64,000 nucleotides of DNA from Scleropages formosus (Eukaryota), in NCBI RefSeq assembly GCF_900964775.1, contig NC_041813.1, positions 31,928,960 through 31,992,959 of the forward strand, given 5' to 3'. This document shows, one piece after another, positions 11,140 to 23,237 of the stretch; position 1 is the stretch's first letter, and every line of letters begins with the position of its first letter. The position numbers and the translations under genes are program-made. The notes under the pieces were generated by a model, which was given only the letters and a program-made list of their open reading frames with translations, searched no databases and was not told the origin of the DNA.

Positions 11140-11308
11140 CTGCCAAATACGAAGCAGTAGGCAGAAGTCAGGACCCACTGGTTGTTGATGAGGGACCCTT
11201 GACACGCGAAGTATCCCGTATCTGACATACTGACCACCCAGGGCCAGCTCCCCGGGGCGGCAACCGGCCCCGAGACCTTGCCAGTGTTCAGGGGGGCTTG
11301 ACCGCATG
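11140..11308 (-). CDS. Paralogue A exon 2 ([55 protein letters not shown])
   Basis: Anchored to ORF 10971..11447. Acceptor ctctcag|CA and donor GGCAG|gtactg. The His-position motif TAAHC reads TSAYC (His to Tyr). Confidence 0.7.
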
Positions 11309-11634
11309 CTGAGAGGGACGAGATGTGAGCAGGTGAACATGTGACTGACTGAAGAAGTGCAGAAGAAAAAGAAGAGAGCCGTGAACACGCTGACGCGCAC
11401 GCACACACACGTTGGAGAAAATGCCGCTGCGCATAACCAAACTCCACTGCATAATTTCTAACTTTGCAGTTGGCTCTGATTTTTAATGCACTTTACAACA
11501 ACGAGAAATATCATCCAGATGTAATAAAGGCGACACAGCTGGACACGTGCTCAGGATGACCTTTTCAGAATAATAAGTGTCACGCAAGTGTCGCCGATCC
11601 ATTCCAAGTTATTAATGGAGAAAGTAAGACTCAC

Positions 11635-11689
11635 CCTCAGCCAGAGCAGCCAGCAGAACCAGGGAGCAAAGACACTTGAGCAGAGCCAT
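11635..11689 (-). CDS. Paralogue A exon 1: start codon and signal peptide MALLKCLCSLVLLAALAE(G)
   Basis: ATG at 11689 followed by a hydrophobic leader. Donor GAGG|gtgagt at 11634. The phase-1 carry matches exon 2. Confidence 0.65.
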
Positions 11690-11959
11690 GGTGCGAGAGC
11701 TCCTGCCAGTGCGCGAGAGGTTCGTGCTACTTATACCTGGAGGCGCTTTCGGTTTCAGAAAACACCCATCACCCATTTATTACGAGGTTCGACACTAATA
11801 ATGACAGCAAAGAATGTCCTTGTTGATGAGCTGCCACTCAAGTGACAAATCAGTTGTTGATCCACACCTTTTCTCCAAAGTAACTTCCAGTGTTAAACTA
11901 CATACAGTTTTTGCCCATTCAAACAAAAAGGCATCACTCACTCACTCACTCACTCACTC

Positions 11960-12075
11960 ACTCACTGGTTTAGGGTAAGTACCTTCCTCAAGGTGGGATT
12001 CAAACCCATGACCTTCTTGTGCCAGGGAAGCAGTTCCAAGCACTGCGCTACCAGAGCTCTCTACAGTTGTACCTG
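11960..12075 (-). mobile_element. SINE head fragment (tRNA-like GCTCTGGTAGCGCAGTGCTTGG...GGTCATGGGTTTGAATCCC), reverse orientation
   Basis: A-box and B-box motifs are present. It is flanked by a (CACT)n run at 11936-11967. Confidence 0.5.
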
Positions 12076-13737
12076 TGGTCACTAGACCACCGTTCTGTGT
12101 CCTTCTTGGGTCATCGTCGTCTCCTCTTATTTGGCCTTTTGACTATTTAATCAGAGGAGAAACAAGTTTCACAGAAAACTCTGGAAAAGGTCCTAATTCT
12201 CAAAAGTTCTGCTGTGTCGACAGGAATCCCGCCACACGACATTCATCAGTCACCTGCTATTGTCAGGAGTGCCGCTCAACAGCAGAACCTGTTTCTTCTG
12301 TGGAAAGAAGTGCGTCAAGACAGTAGAGCATCTCATCACTTGAGAACAATTACTATGTGACCCACATTTCTCACGGTGACGCCCGAGGGCCGCAGTTAAG
12401 TCCCGTAAGTTCCACACCTATTATCGCGTGAGAGAGACTGCTTCTTATTAAATTAAAATAAATGAAGACAAATAAAAACTTGCAGTCTGAATTATTGTGT
12501 GGTAAAGCTACAGGTCACAAGGACTTCACACACTTTGAAGCAGCACTACGGACACGTCACAGTTTCACACGGCAACCGGTAGCCACACATCTCGCAGGTG
12601 TCATGGCAAACAGGAGAGGTGGAGGAGGCTGGACCCAAGCGCAGGATCGTTTATTCACGATCGAAGGACGAGACGTGTTCTCCCGGTCGGGCGAACGCGA
12701 CGCGGACGAGGGTCCGAAGTCGTGCAGGCGGTCGTTTACCGAAGAGCCGTGGAGCAGGACCGGGGAACCGCAAAGCAAGCTGCGTTCGAGACCACGGAAG
12801 GACCGCTTGTCTCCGGCAAGTGGGAAGAAGCTGAGAAGGGTTTTTACGGCCGAGGGCTCCGATCGAAAGCGGGTTCTGAATCGGAGCCAGGTGCTGCCGC
12901 TTGAGGTGCGGGCGCGGTCAAGACAGCGGCACGAGGCCAGAACACGCACCTTGGATAATTCTGGTAACTTCTAGAGTACGAGGGGCACAGTACGCAGGTC
13001 AAACCAGAAGAGACCTGTGTGTGGGTGTGTATGTGGTGTCAGTGCCCCTGCGATGCTGCCCTGGCTGTTGATGGTGCATCCACCCATCGGCTGGAAACCG
13101 TGAACGCACACGTAGTTTGGTGCTGCTCGGACAACCGGTGGGTGTAAACCGCACGTCTCCAACCCCCGCAGCCAGTGCCTCAGCCCTCAGCACCAGGCAG
13201 TCATGTCAACTGTGTTCTTAAGCGCTCTCCTGTGGCTGCTGCTCATCCTGGCTATCTGCCTGTACCTGCAGGCCCACCGCTGGATTTTTGAGCAACAGGA
13301 GACAATGTCCCTCACCGCTAGAGTCTCAGCAATGTGAGCTTCCCTCGTTATATTGCACTGCATAATCTGCACTTGTCAATGAATTTTTAATGGCACTCGT
13401 GAGGTTCCCCGCATTCTATTCCTGTAGTGACAGCTGCCCAGCCCTCCTGGGCATTCTAGATTAAAAAAGACTTTTAAATCAGTTTACAACTAATAATAAC
13501 ATGGTACATAGCAGTTAACTTGATGTCCCAGTTCACATAGATACATCTTGTTCATCATGAAACGTGGTCATCAGCGTCATTAGCACGGGGTGCTGGTTTC
13601 ACAGCCGGCCGGCCACCTTATCATAAGGAAACAATACTCAGCAGGAAAGAAAGCTAGGAACTGATGACTTAATGAGATGATAAAGTTTTATACAGATAGA
13701 AAAAGCACAGTCAACAAGAATTTCACTTGTTATTGAT

Positions 13738-13935
13738 ATGTCTGGGGGGGCGCGGCAATGCAGCAGGGTTGGCCGGTGCCTGTTGCGTGGCAGGTCTGGG
13801 GTTCGAGTCCTGCTTGGGGTGCCTTGTGATGGACTGGCATCCCGTCCAAGGTGTTTCCCCTCCCCCTTCATCCTCGTGCCGTGTTTCTGGGATAGCTCCG
13901 GCTCACTGCGACCCCGCAAGGGACAAGCGGTTGTT
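13738..13935 (+). mobile_element. tRNA-derived SINE family 1, near full-length copy
   Basis: Core GGGGTTCGAGTCC...GGACTGGCATCCCGTCC...GGGACAAGCGGTT, similar to the 3256-3440 copy. Confidence 0.7.
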
Positions 13936-13976
13936 GACATTGGTTGGTATTGATATGCCCAAGTGAACATGTAAGT

Positions 13977-14339
13977 CTAAAGCCTGGATTTAAAGGCTGA
14001 GACAGACGAGACATTCCTCACAGTAACTGGTAGACAATTCCACAGTTTAGGTGCTCTGTAACTAAAGCGGCACTCTCCTCTTGAGGTCTTATCGATCACA
14101 GGTACTTTAAGGTAACCCGCATCCAACGAACGAAGATTTCGTCCAGGGATATAAGAATCAACGATCTCACAAAGGTAAACCGGATCAATGCCATGTACTG
14201 CCTTATAGGTCAGAAGTAGGAGTTTACAAAAAACTCTAAATGTAACCACGAGCCAATGCAGAGATTGAAGTACCGGTGTTATATGGTCAAACTTGCTAGT
14301 TCTACTAGTGACAATTCTCGCAGCAGCATTTTGTACCAA
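13977..14339 (-). mobile_element. Non-LTR retrotransposon ORF2 C-terminal fragment (...AARIVTSRTSKFDHITPVLQSLHWL...)
   Basis: This peptide motif recurs widely across teleost genomes as a non-LTR retrotransposon ORF2 tail and is unrelated to the flanking genes. Confidence 0.55.
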
Positions 14340-15545
14340 CTGTAGTGTGGATACAGTCTGGCATGGGCAACCCCGTAATAAAGCATAATAGTCCAGCCTG
14401 CTTGAAACAAAAACATGAACCAGTATTTCGGCATTCCGTCTACACGCAGGAATCGCAGTAATTTAGCTATGTTTCTTAACTGAAGAAAACACAGTCAGTT
14501 TTTTTTTCAAACTTTATCGAATAAAGTTATCAATAATACAGAACTAAAAGCTGCAGTTACTGCGCCATTGCGACATTGCTCTTCGCGCGGACTTCATTTT
14601 CGCTGTCCTTCGAAGTAACATTCCAGAGTGTCAAAAATGTATCTTTTTTCTGTCTCAGGGTTGAAAATTGTATAATTAAGACATGCTTCTTTTGGCATCT
14701 CAGGGGGACTCGTGGTAAACTGTCTGTCCTTTATAAAATATGCACTTTATTTTCAGTAGTAGTAGCTTGTAAGATTTTTCATGGGTCTTGTCCTTGACCA
14801 AGGTGTGTGTGTGTGTGTGTGTGTGTGGAGGTCTGGATCTTCCAACAAAATTTTATTTATATAATATAGGCCAGCTCTCTCTTTGCTGTCCTCTTCACTG
14901 TATTGCACTCATTGGCGCTGTTCTCAGGGTTTCGCAACTTTTCTCATTGCGAAGTGCAAGGAAAGCAAACAATTATGGCCTTTTTTTTTTTACTTTGATA
15001 TGATTGTAATAGGCGTTTTTCTACAAGATAAATTATATTCAAAACTGTAAAAAAATTAATGAATTAATCCTAAAAACTGCCATGCCAATAATAAAATTTA
15101 AAATAAAACAAATTCAATACGACCAGCTAATGTAAAGACCGCACTGCAGAACCTTTAAAACGCTAAAGACAAACCCCACGTACGGGGAATATAAGGGGGT
15201 AATTGTGGCTCCCGGAGAGGAAAAAGAGGAGAAGCGCAGGGGCGCTAAGGAGGCTGGGAAGGCGGGTTTGAGGGGCATGGGCGTGAGGATAAGGGCTCCT
15301 CGGACCCGGAGCATTATTTCCCGTGTGTCGGTGCTCTAAAACACGTTCATTATGAACATTGTGTGTGTCTTTCTTCGTCCCACATATCCGAACCCAGATA
15401 TGTATTTTGTGGAGGGGGCAATAAGACACAATATTTGTGCTTAAGGGGTGTGTGTGAGGAATTCCCTCACCTCATTCTACGAGTGCGGGATCTTTTTTTG
15501 AGACTAATAGCAGCATCAAGGCGAATGAGGGGGGAGAGAGAAGTG

Positions 15546-15571
15546 CCCCCGCCCCGCCCCGCCCCGCCCCG
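15546..15571. promoter_or_regulatory. (CCCCG)5 GC-box array (candidate Sp1-site cluster)
   Basis: gccccgccccgccccgccccgcccc. No assignable gene lies nearby. Confidence 0.3.
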
Positions 15572-18125
15572 GAGCGTAACGCAATACTCCAACCGACTTT
15601 CACACCGAATACAGACTAAGCGCGAGAGGGTTTATTAATAAGCGCCGCAAAAGGCGACGTCGCGGTTTAAGTTGTGCTCTCAGCGTCACGTCGTTTCCTC
15701 GTTCGGGAAACAAATCGCTTGGAAATAATCGGATGATATTGAGGAGGCTTCGTATCATGTATGACTCCGACGAAGGAACCCAGTAAAGAGTGCAGATGGT
15801 AACTGTGCTTTTTGGAACAGAAGCCCGAGTTATTTTCACGACTATGTCCCGTGGTCCACACTTTTGAGATTGAACAAGTTAGAATACCTTAACAAGCAAA
15901 ATGCAGAGATTTTCTCCCCAACACACTTTATTTCATGCCATAAGAATTAAAATACATTCAAAATGACAAAGACACACGAGTTTGTCATTGTAGCACCACT
16001 CCCTGCGTCACTAAATACTTTTGGTCAATAAGAACGAAAAACAAGTACTTTAAGAACCAAACCTCGAACGTTAAACTCCTTAATTTTCAAAGAAAAGGAG
16101 CGCAAGCCCCTAAAACACTGTACTCCACCCCAGCACTTAATACTGACAAAAAAAACACCCCGCGCCAGAAGTTCTTTAAACCACAGGACCGAAAAACTGA
16201 ATAAAGCACCCACTATAATTCAGCACAAAACGCTGATACCCCCTAGCGGACCACCAGTGCGTTGTAAGCCGCACTAAATTCAATTTTTAGAGAGCAAAAA
16301 TTAGGAGAAAGTGCGAAATTACTACTACAAGAAATTATGCAGTCGAGATTCCCACGTTTGGGGAATTCGCAGAGAACAACACAGCCAAAGTGCAATAGCT
16401 GAGCCTCCCCCTAAGGAAACTCCCTTTCTGATCATAGTATCTTCTCTGCCCGGTAAGTATAACTTGTCCGCGGTTCCCAGCGACACCTCCCTACAGGCCA
16501 CATACACTCAAGTGACGGTGGGCCCGTCGGAGCCACGCCGCTGTGGACTGTTGTTCGCCCCCATTTCTTTCCAGTCACTCTTCGCTTTTTGCCGAACCTC
16601 CCGTTCGAGGTGCTGCGATAATTTCTATTCACAATCGTGTCGCTCCCATTTCCCGTGATGCCTCGGAGCTGCCACACCGATGGTGCTCATCGGACACGAG
16701 CACGTGCGCTGCGTGACGCGCACACACGTACCCCCGGTGAGCAGTAAACTGGCGTCAGAGTCAAAATGGGCGAGTAACGACGATAAGAAGAGGTTGCGGA
16801 GGCAAGTCCGCATGAACTGTGTGGCGTTTGAAGCGGACGGGAAAGGTGTCAAAACGGGCAAGACGCGGGTCGCACGAGTTTGTGAAAGGGCGCCCCCTGG
16901 TGCGGGCAGATGCGGGCCCTTTGCTCACGATATTATTGTCTTAAAACAAGTGTTCCCCTACCCTTTGAAACTTTTTAACGCAAAAGTATATAAGGAAGAA
17001 CTCCCTCTTTCGCTTTCTGTTCTGCAGTATTGAAAAATGTCAAATAAAAAGCATAAAGACAAACCTGTGGCGGAGCTTCTCTTCCAAAGAAACTTACAGA
17101 ACCACAGACTGAACAAAGGGAGCAGGAGCAATGAGGCACACGGTGGGAAGAGCCCTATGCACAGTGCTCCCATAATGCTTTGCATGTCTCTACACTTTTA
17201 CTATATCTGCTACCGTATTACCACATGAGCCACGCAGCAGGCGGAGGCCCATTTGACCGCACAGGGACAATAACGAGCGATCATACACAGCTCACCTGGG
17301 CCCTTGCAGTTACCACAGGAATACCCTACAGCGCACACCGGTAAACCGTGCTCAAAAGCCTCGTGCTGTGGGATGAGGGACGGAACAAAGCCTGCAGAGC
17401 TCAGCAAACCGGTCATGTTTAAAATCTGCACTCAACTTCCCTTTCTAACGGAACGAGTGTGCGTGTGCGCACACCCACTTGGGTAGCATGTCAGTCTTAC
17501 CTTTATTTATGTTCCTTACCACAGGTGCAGCATTGCAGTGTCAGTACTTGCGCCTTGTTTTACCCTTTGACAATGTATGAAAAGGCTCGGTGATTTACTC
17601 CTCTCAGAATGAGCTTGAGTATAAAATAAAATTTAAAAACAAAAAGTGACTCTCCCCCACCTCAGAATATTGAAGCTTGAAAACTTTATCTACACCAATT
17701 TGCAACCCTTCCGATATTTTGTTCGGGACAGCAAATTTGTTTCACAATAGCCAATATGGGGACAGCAGGTTTCTGTTGGTTACCAGTGCAGTTCATCTTC
17801 CCATGCTTGCTGAAGTTCAGAGTTTGTCCTAAAAATAAAGCTACCACCTTTGGTCAAACGTGAATTGTCATTTGAAACCATCCACACAGCCCAGAGTACA
17901 TGGTTCAAAATGTAAAGGAAGCGATTTTATTCAACACTGGAGCATCTCCCGCTACTGGCATATGTACACATGAACTGAAGAAATAAATACACAAGAAAAC
18001 TCAAGTAACATCCATTGTAAAAACACAGTTTCATCTCAGATGAGCAAGATGAAGAACAGGGCATTAATAAAATGGTTAAAATGTTGGAACAGTTCAGTAT
18101 TAAGAAAGGGCACACATTGTCTCAT

Positions 18126-18173
<48 letters not shown>
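18126..18173. repeat. (CA)n microsatellite, about 24 units
   Basis: Perfect run. Confidence 0.9.
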
Positions 18174-18175
<2 letters not shown>

Positions 18176-18358
18176 CTATCTTCCAATTGTGGAGAGTACA
18201 TTGGCCTGTGAAGGAGAGAATGAGATTTAGAATTATGAAGTAAACTTTTTTCCAAATAAAGTATTCAAGACTGCGTGTTCCGACTGCGTACAGTAGAAAG
18301 TGGCTGCACACTGCTTTTGTGTAAAAACACTAAGTTTCACTGATGGAACCACACCTAC

Positions 18359-18418
18359 CTTGAGGAAGGAGGAAAAACGCTTCACTGTAATTCCCTCTAT
18401 GTTTTTCAAGTCTTCCAC
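18359..18418 (-). CDS. kif22: kif22 exon 11 (VEDLKNIEGITVKRFSSFLK)
   Basis: Acceptor cag|GTG and donor AAG|gtaggt. Aligns to human [20 protein letters not shown]. The terminal exon downstream (about 18250-18310) is unresolved. Confidence 0.65.
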
Positions 18419-18510
18419 CTGGAGGATAGAGGAGTACAGTGAAGTGCTAAGTCACACCAGTTGTTTAGCAAAACACTGGCAGTTTCTCCTTCATCCACCG
18501 GACAGCGTAC

Positions 18511-18729
18511 CTGAGAGAAGCTGCCGTGAACCTCCCTCCAGCCCATGATCAGCTTGGCCTTCTTGTCTCCGATGAGCTGCAGGGCTTTGAGCTCCTTCAG
18601 AGAACCACTGTTAAGCACCTCCAGGATGTGCTGTCGAGACTTTTCCAGGACCGCTGGTTCCAGCCGGGACTCCCAGTCGCGACCCAAAGCGCACTCATCC
18701 CCAGCCACGTTCTCCTTGCCACCCAAGGC
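18511..18729 (-). CDS. kif22: kif22 exon 10 (ALGGKENVAGDECALGRDWESRLEPAVLEKSRQHILEVLNSGSLKELKALQLIGDKKAKLIMGWREVHGSFSQ)
   Basis: From ORF 18406..18783. Acceptor ctctcag|GCC and donor CAG|gtacgc. Matches the human KIF22 C-terminal HhH region. Confidence 0.75.
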
Positions 18730-18949
18730 CTGAGAGAGGAAAAACAAAGAGGAACAAAGACTACACAGAAGGTTCACACTCAAATGTCTGGCACTTTTCC
18801 ATGTGAGCTACTGAAACACGGTACATTTAAAATTGACATTTTGACACAAAATGATAAGTCAATGATGTATTTTTAAGATATCTGTTTATGTAATGTACTC
18901 CATTGTTCTCTGATATGTACATCACTTTGGAGAAAAGCATCTGAAACAC

Positions 18950-19010
<61 letters not shown>

Positions 19011-19013
<3 letters not shown>

Positions 19014-19212
19014 TCAGAACCGCTTGTCCCATACGGGGTCACGGGAAACCGGAGCCTACCCGGTAACACAGGGCATGAGGCCGGAAGGGGAGGGGGACAC
19101 ACCCAGGACGGGACGCCAGTCCACCGCAAGGCACCCCAAACGGGACTCGAACCCCAGACCCACCAGAGAGCAGGACTGCGGCCCAACCCACTGCGCCACC
19201 GCGCCCCCCCAT
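19011..19212 (-). mobile_element. tRNA-derived SINE family 1, reverse orientation, in a kif22 intron
   Basis: Reverse complement of the GGGGTTCGAGTCC...GGACTGGCGTCCCGTCC core. Its (GT)n tail appears as plus-strand (CA)n at 18945-19011. Confidence 0.7.
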
Positions 19213-19312
19213 CTGAAAACAAATAACTGTAAATGAGTGGTATGGAGTCATGACAAAGCCATTTGATGACCCTTAGTTTTTGGACTACGAACATACACAC
19301 AAATATGCTGAC

Positions 19313-19383
19313 CTCGCCATTCTGTTTACTCTTGACAGTCGAGCAGAGTACCGGCTTCTTCACCGCAGCAAGCTCCTGGGACA
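19313..19383 (-). CDS. kif22: kif22 exon 9 (VSQELAAVKKPVLCSTVKSKQNGE)
   Basis: Phase-consistent acceptor tgtcag|TG and donor GAG|gtcagc. Homology here is weak and the exon is placed by reading-frame phase. Confidence 0.45.
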
Positions 19384-19548
19384 CTGACACAGAAAGACAG
19401 CATGAGCATTAACTGTCCACTGTAAGTCTTAACACACACAACTTCAGATTGTCCCAGATGCTGCTTTCAGAGGGCGTGCATCACAACATGACAATTGCTC
19501 AGATTTCTGATGTTCTGGTATAGAGGGGAAAGCAGTTTTACCATGAGT

Positions 19549-19612
<64 letters not shown>
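19549..19612. repeat. (GA)n microsatellite, about 32 units
   Basis: Perfect GA run in a kif22 intron. Confidence 0.9.
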
Positions 19613-19615
<3 letters not shown>

Positions 19616-19724
19616 GGGGTTGCATTTTGCCCTCCTGATGTGCAAATGTAGTGCTTCATGGCAGAGGCTCTGCAGTGGTGTCAGCATGAAGACGAGGCCC
19701 CCCCACCAGGGCACATCCACTGAC

Positions 19725-19905
19725 CCAGCAGGGGGGACACCACAGCCTGTTGTTTCTTGGGCCTGGCTGCAGTAGACTGCTTCCTGTGGAGTTGGGGGAG
19801 GCTGTTCTTGAGCGCTGGGTCCTGTGGCTGTGGCCCTGCAATGCTGTTGGCCTCCCTCACCTGCAGTGCCCTGGATTCCAGCTCCTTTTGCTTCTCCTTC
19901 AGCTC
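19725..19905 (-). CDS. kif22: kif22 exon 8 (ELKEKQKELESRALQVREANSIAGPQPQDPALKNSLPQLHRKQSTAARPKKQQAVVSPLLG)
   Basis: Acceptor cctcatcag|GAG and donor CTGG|gtcagt. The KKQQAVV segment matches human KKAVVMPL. Confidence 0.55.
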
Positions 19906-20099
19906 CTGATGAGGGGGGAGAACAAACCAAAGACAGTGTGGTCACCAACCAGCACATAGTGCTCATTCCATTTCAGCCATGTCTACTAGTGCTACATGGT
20001 ACTCATGCAGCTGTCATCCTGATGGAATCCACTGTGCGAGAGACAGAGCCTGGTCTTGGAGCAGACAACATTCCAGACTTGCTCCTTGATGGTTCTCAC

Positions 20100-20220
20100 C
20101 TGGATCTCTTTGCGGGACTCAGCAACCGTCTTAAGGAGGTTGAGTCTTTCCCGCTCAGGAGTGCCCATCATTAGCTTCTCCAAGGCCAGCAGGCGATCCA
20201 GCACCGAAGACACAGGGGGG
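20100..20220 (-). CDS. kif22: kif22 exon 7 (SPPVSSVLDRLLALEKLMMGTPERERLNLLKTVAESRKEIQ)
   Basis: From ORF 19992..20510. Acceptor ctctcag|C and donor CAG|gtgaga. Confidence 0.65.
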
Positions 20221-20292
20221 CTGAGAGCAAGAGGGTTACCACCAAAATAAGCACTACCACAGTGGGTCACAGGGCATTGGAGACACACAAAC

Positions 20293-20404
20293 CTGCTTGG
20301 ACGACTTCCCTCCTGTCCCTCTTTGTGTCCACCCTTCACTTTCTTATGGTGGGGCTCAGCTGTGCCTACAGATCCCTGCTCATCTCTGGGCCTCTTCCCT
20401 GGGA
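20293..20404 (-). CDS. kif22: kif22 exon 6 (VPGKRPRDEQGSVGTAEPHHKKVKGGHKEGQEGSRPS(R)), basic NLS-like segment
   Basis: Acceptor ctctag|TC and donor AGCAG|gtttgt. Phase-consistent. Confidence 0.55.
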
Positions 20405-20517
20405 CTAGAGGCAGGAGAGAGCAGGACACAAGTTTGCACGCATTGCCTGCTGAAATTGCACACAAGTAGCATGACAAGTGTGATGTCATGTTAGGAGGAG
20501 GCCTTTTCATTACTCAC

Positions 20518-20908
20518 CACTACTGGACACTGTCTCCCTGACAAAGGGTCGGTTCACTATGAGTTTTGACTTGGCAGCAAAGTTGAGCGCCGTGAATGTG
20601 TCAAAGTAGTATTTGTACTCAGGTGCAATGTTCGTGATCATGACAGAGTGGGCGGAGCCCCCCAGGGAGTCCTGCAGCAGGCGAGTGAGCTTGCTGTCCC
20701 GGTAGGGGACACGGCAACCCCCGCCAGCATTCAGTGCGTCCACCACCTTGCTCAGTGTGAAGAGCGACAGGTTGATGGCTCCACTCTCTTTCAAACGCAG
20801 GCCCTGGTTGCCAGTACGCCGGTTGTCCTCTGAGCCAGCTAGGTCCACCAGGTACAGCTTGCCTGTCTGCTGTCGATGAGGAGGACTTTGCTGGGACCTC
20901 ACCACCTG
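20518..20908 (-). CDS. kif22: kif22 exon 5 (motor-domain C-terminus: [45 protein letters not shown]...[22 protein letters not shown])
   Basis: ORF 20510..20905. Contains the kinesin switch-II motif [10 protein letters not shown]. Acceptor ccacag|GTG and donor AGTG|gtgagt. Confidence 0.8.
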
Positions 20909-21812
20909 TGGGGAAGGGGGTTACAGGGTCCATTGAATATGGTAGTGCTGCAATACTTACTTTTATAGACACCCCTCGACTTGTGCAAATAGACTGTTCT
21001 TCAACCCCTTACATAAGTCAAAAGTTACATGTGTCAGATTCCCCCCTCCTCCGCAACCATTCAACACAGGCTAAGCTACCCTAAGCATTTGTTGCAAACA
21101 CGGTATAAAAAAAATTACACAACAACTCTAGTAAATGTAAGACACATTAAGTATGGTAAGACATATCCTTCACCATTGTATTCGCAGTCAATACGGCTAT
21201 ACCAAGTTCCTATGCTAGAGAGCATAATCTGCCCACCTTCATACTTCCTTATTATTTTAAATTTCATCTCCAAATCGATTACTGTACACCTGCAAGATGG
21301 TTCTCGTTTTCCTTCAAGGGCACGTTTACCACCAGGCATTGTAAATATTGAAATAGGTTTTTAAAAAAAAAGTGCAAAAAAGCACAAGACTAACAAGAGG
21401 AGATGTGTTCACAGTTGAAATCACACAGGAACTGGCAAGATGCAGCTTCCTGCCTTGTCTGGCTACACCGACGTGCGCTTAACGTATTTCAGATGTCTTG
21501 GATAAAATAAAAGCGATATCCAAAAATGTGCGCCAGGAATTTTTTACGTAAATTCGGATTTAATAAATACATGGGAACGTAATCGTAAATACATGGGAAC
21601 ACGTCAGCAGGAGGAGAGGTTGGACGGTCTAAGCTATCACCACGGCCTGGATCAGGTGCTGCGTACAGTTTGTTGTGAGATAAGGGCAGATTTTGCAGGT
21701 GTATCTGCAAGACTGGGTTGCGGGTTCCGTATGTTGAGGACGACAGACTTGCGTCAATCATTACACCAAGCTTTTAATCAATGAAGTAGATGAAATGAAG
21801 GTTTGATAGACT

Positions 21813-22202
21813 TCAATAAGAGGAAGGACCAGCTGAGACATGAAGGATCTGGATGTTTTGGAGATGCCGAGTTGTAGGTGGTAGGCGATGACACATCCGG
21901 GCAGAGATGTCCGAGAGGCAAGCGGCAATGCGTGAGGAAATGTCTGTCACTCTGGGCGGAAAGAAGAGGAAGACCTGGGCATCATCAGCATGGCAGTGGT
22001 ATAAGAAACCATGGGAGGCGATGACAGGGCCAAGTGAGGAAATGTAGATTGAGAACACCTCCCAGTTCTGAACTCTGCGGGTAATCGGGAGGCAGCCCCA
22101 GATCACTTCAGAGGACTTACACGATAAGTGGGACTCACACCATTTCAGTGCAGTTCCACTAATGCTAAGCTGTTCAAGAAGCAGCACCATGAGTGTAGTC
22201 AC
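21813..22202 (-). mobile_element. Non-LTR retrotransposon ORF2 (reverse-transcriptase) fragment inside kif22 intron 4
   Basis: Peptide ...FLYHCHADDAQVFLFFPPRVTDISSRIAACLSDISARM... matches an ORF2 motif seen in many teleost retrotransposons. Both flanks are confirmed kif22 exons. Confidence 0.55.
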
Positions 22203-23027
22203 AGGCAGTGATAAACAGAATGGAAGTCAAAGCAGGACAGGACAGGTCAGGCAGGTATCTGGAAGGGGGAGCAGATCTGTACCTCCACCTCTGCCAGAGG
22301 GACAAGTGGTATGGGAGGAGCAGTAGTTTGTGGAGAGGGCTGCAGGTGTGCCTGTATTTCCTGTAGCTTCTGTCAGGGCCAAGAGGTACAGGGAGAAGTG
22401 GGACATGTAGGCCCAGAAGTAGTCAGCCTTCCTCACAGCAGACTGGCAGTTTCAGAGTCCCATGGAGAAGTTCAAACAGGATGGAGGGCTTAATGGATGA
22501 GGATACACCAGGTTGTTTTTGAGCACGAGCGCTTGGGTCTCTGATGAACATTTTGGTGCACGATCCCTCATACAACACGATGTGGACGGCTGAGCTCTAG
22601 TAGCAGCGGTGGCCTGCCTCGGTGGACTCTTACAGGTAGATTCTTGTCTTTGCACCCTGAGACTTCGCACCACAAGGCTGCTGCTATGCATCATCTGCTG
22701 TAATTGAAGCTGACCAGTTTATATCAGCTGAGAGCCAAAGCCAAAACTACCCTGTGATTTGAAGGAGAAAAAAAAAAAAGGGTACGATTATTCTAAACAC
22801 CTGAATGACATGCAGTCTACAATACTATCGCAACACCCTGGTCTTTGCCATCCTGCTGTACCAATGAAAAAGGTGCAGTAAAAACGGCAACATCCTGGAA
22901 GTTATATTTGAGCAGAAATGTTTGTTTTATCATAATAATCATCAGACAGGGTGTGTTCAATATATGCAAGGAGCCATTACAGCTAATCTATACTCTCTAC
23001 GAAGCTATGTTAGCCAGTGGGAGGCAC

Positions 23028-23237
23028 CTTGATGAGCAGGATGGCGTGACTGCGGCTCGACCTCTGGTTGAGCTTGGTGGAGGCTGTAGTGCGGTTCAGG
23101 CTGGCTGGGAGGAACACCGTGTGGAAGTGGGAGAAGGATGTCAGTGGGGTGTGGGTCAGACCCGGAATGAAGATGTTCCTGTCCTTGTCCTCTCGGATGG
23201 GCAGGTCCTGCGAGCCAGGTGACAGTAGGTCCAGCAC
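23028..23237 (-). CDS. kif22: kif22 exon 4 ([70 protein letters not shown])
   Basis: ORF 23010..23288. Acceptor ccccag|GTG and donor AAG|gtgcct. Aligns to the human KIF22 motor domain. Confidence 0.8.
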
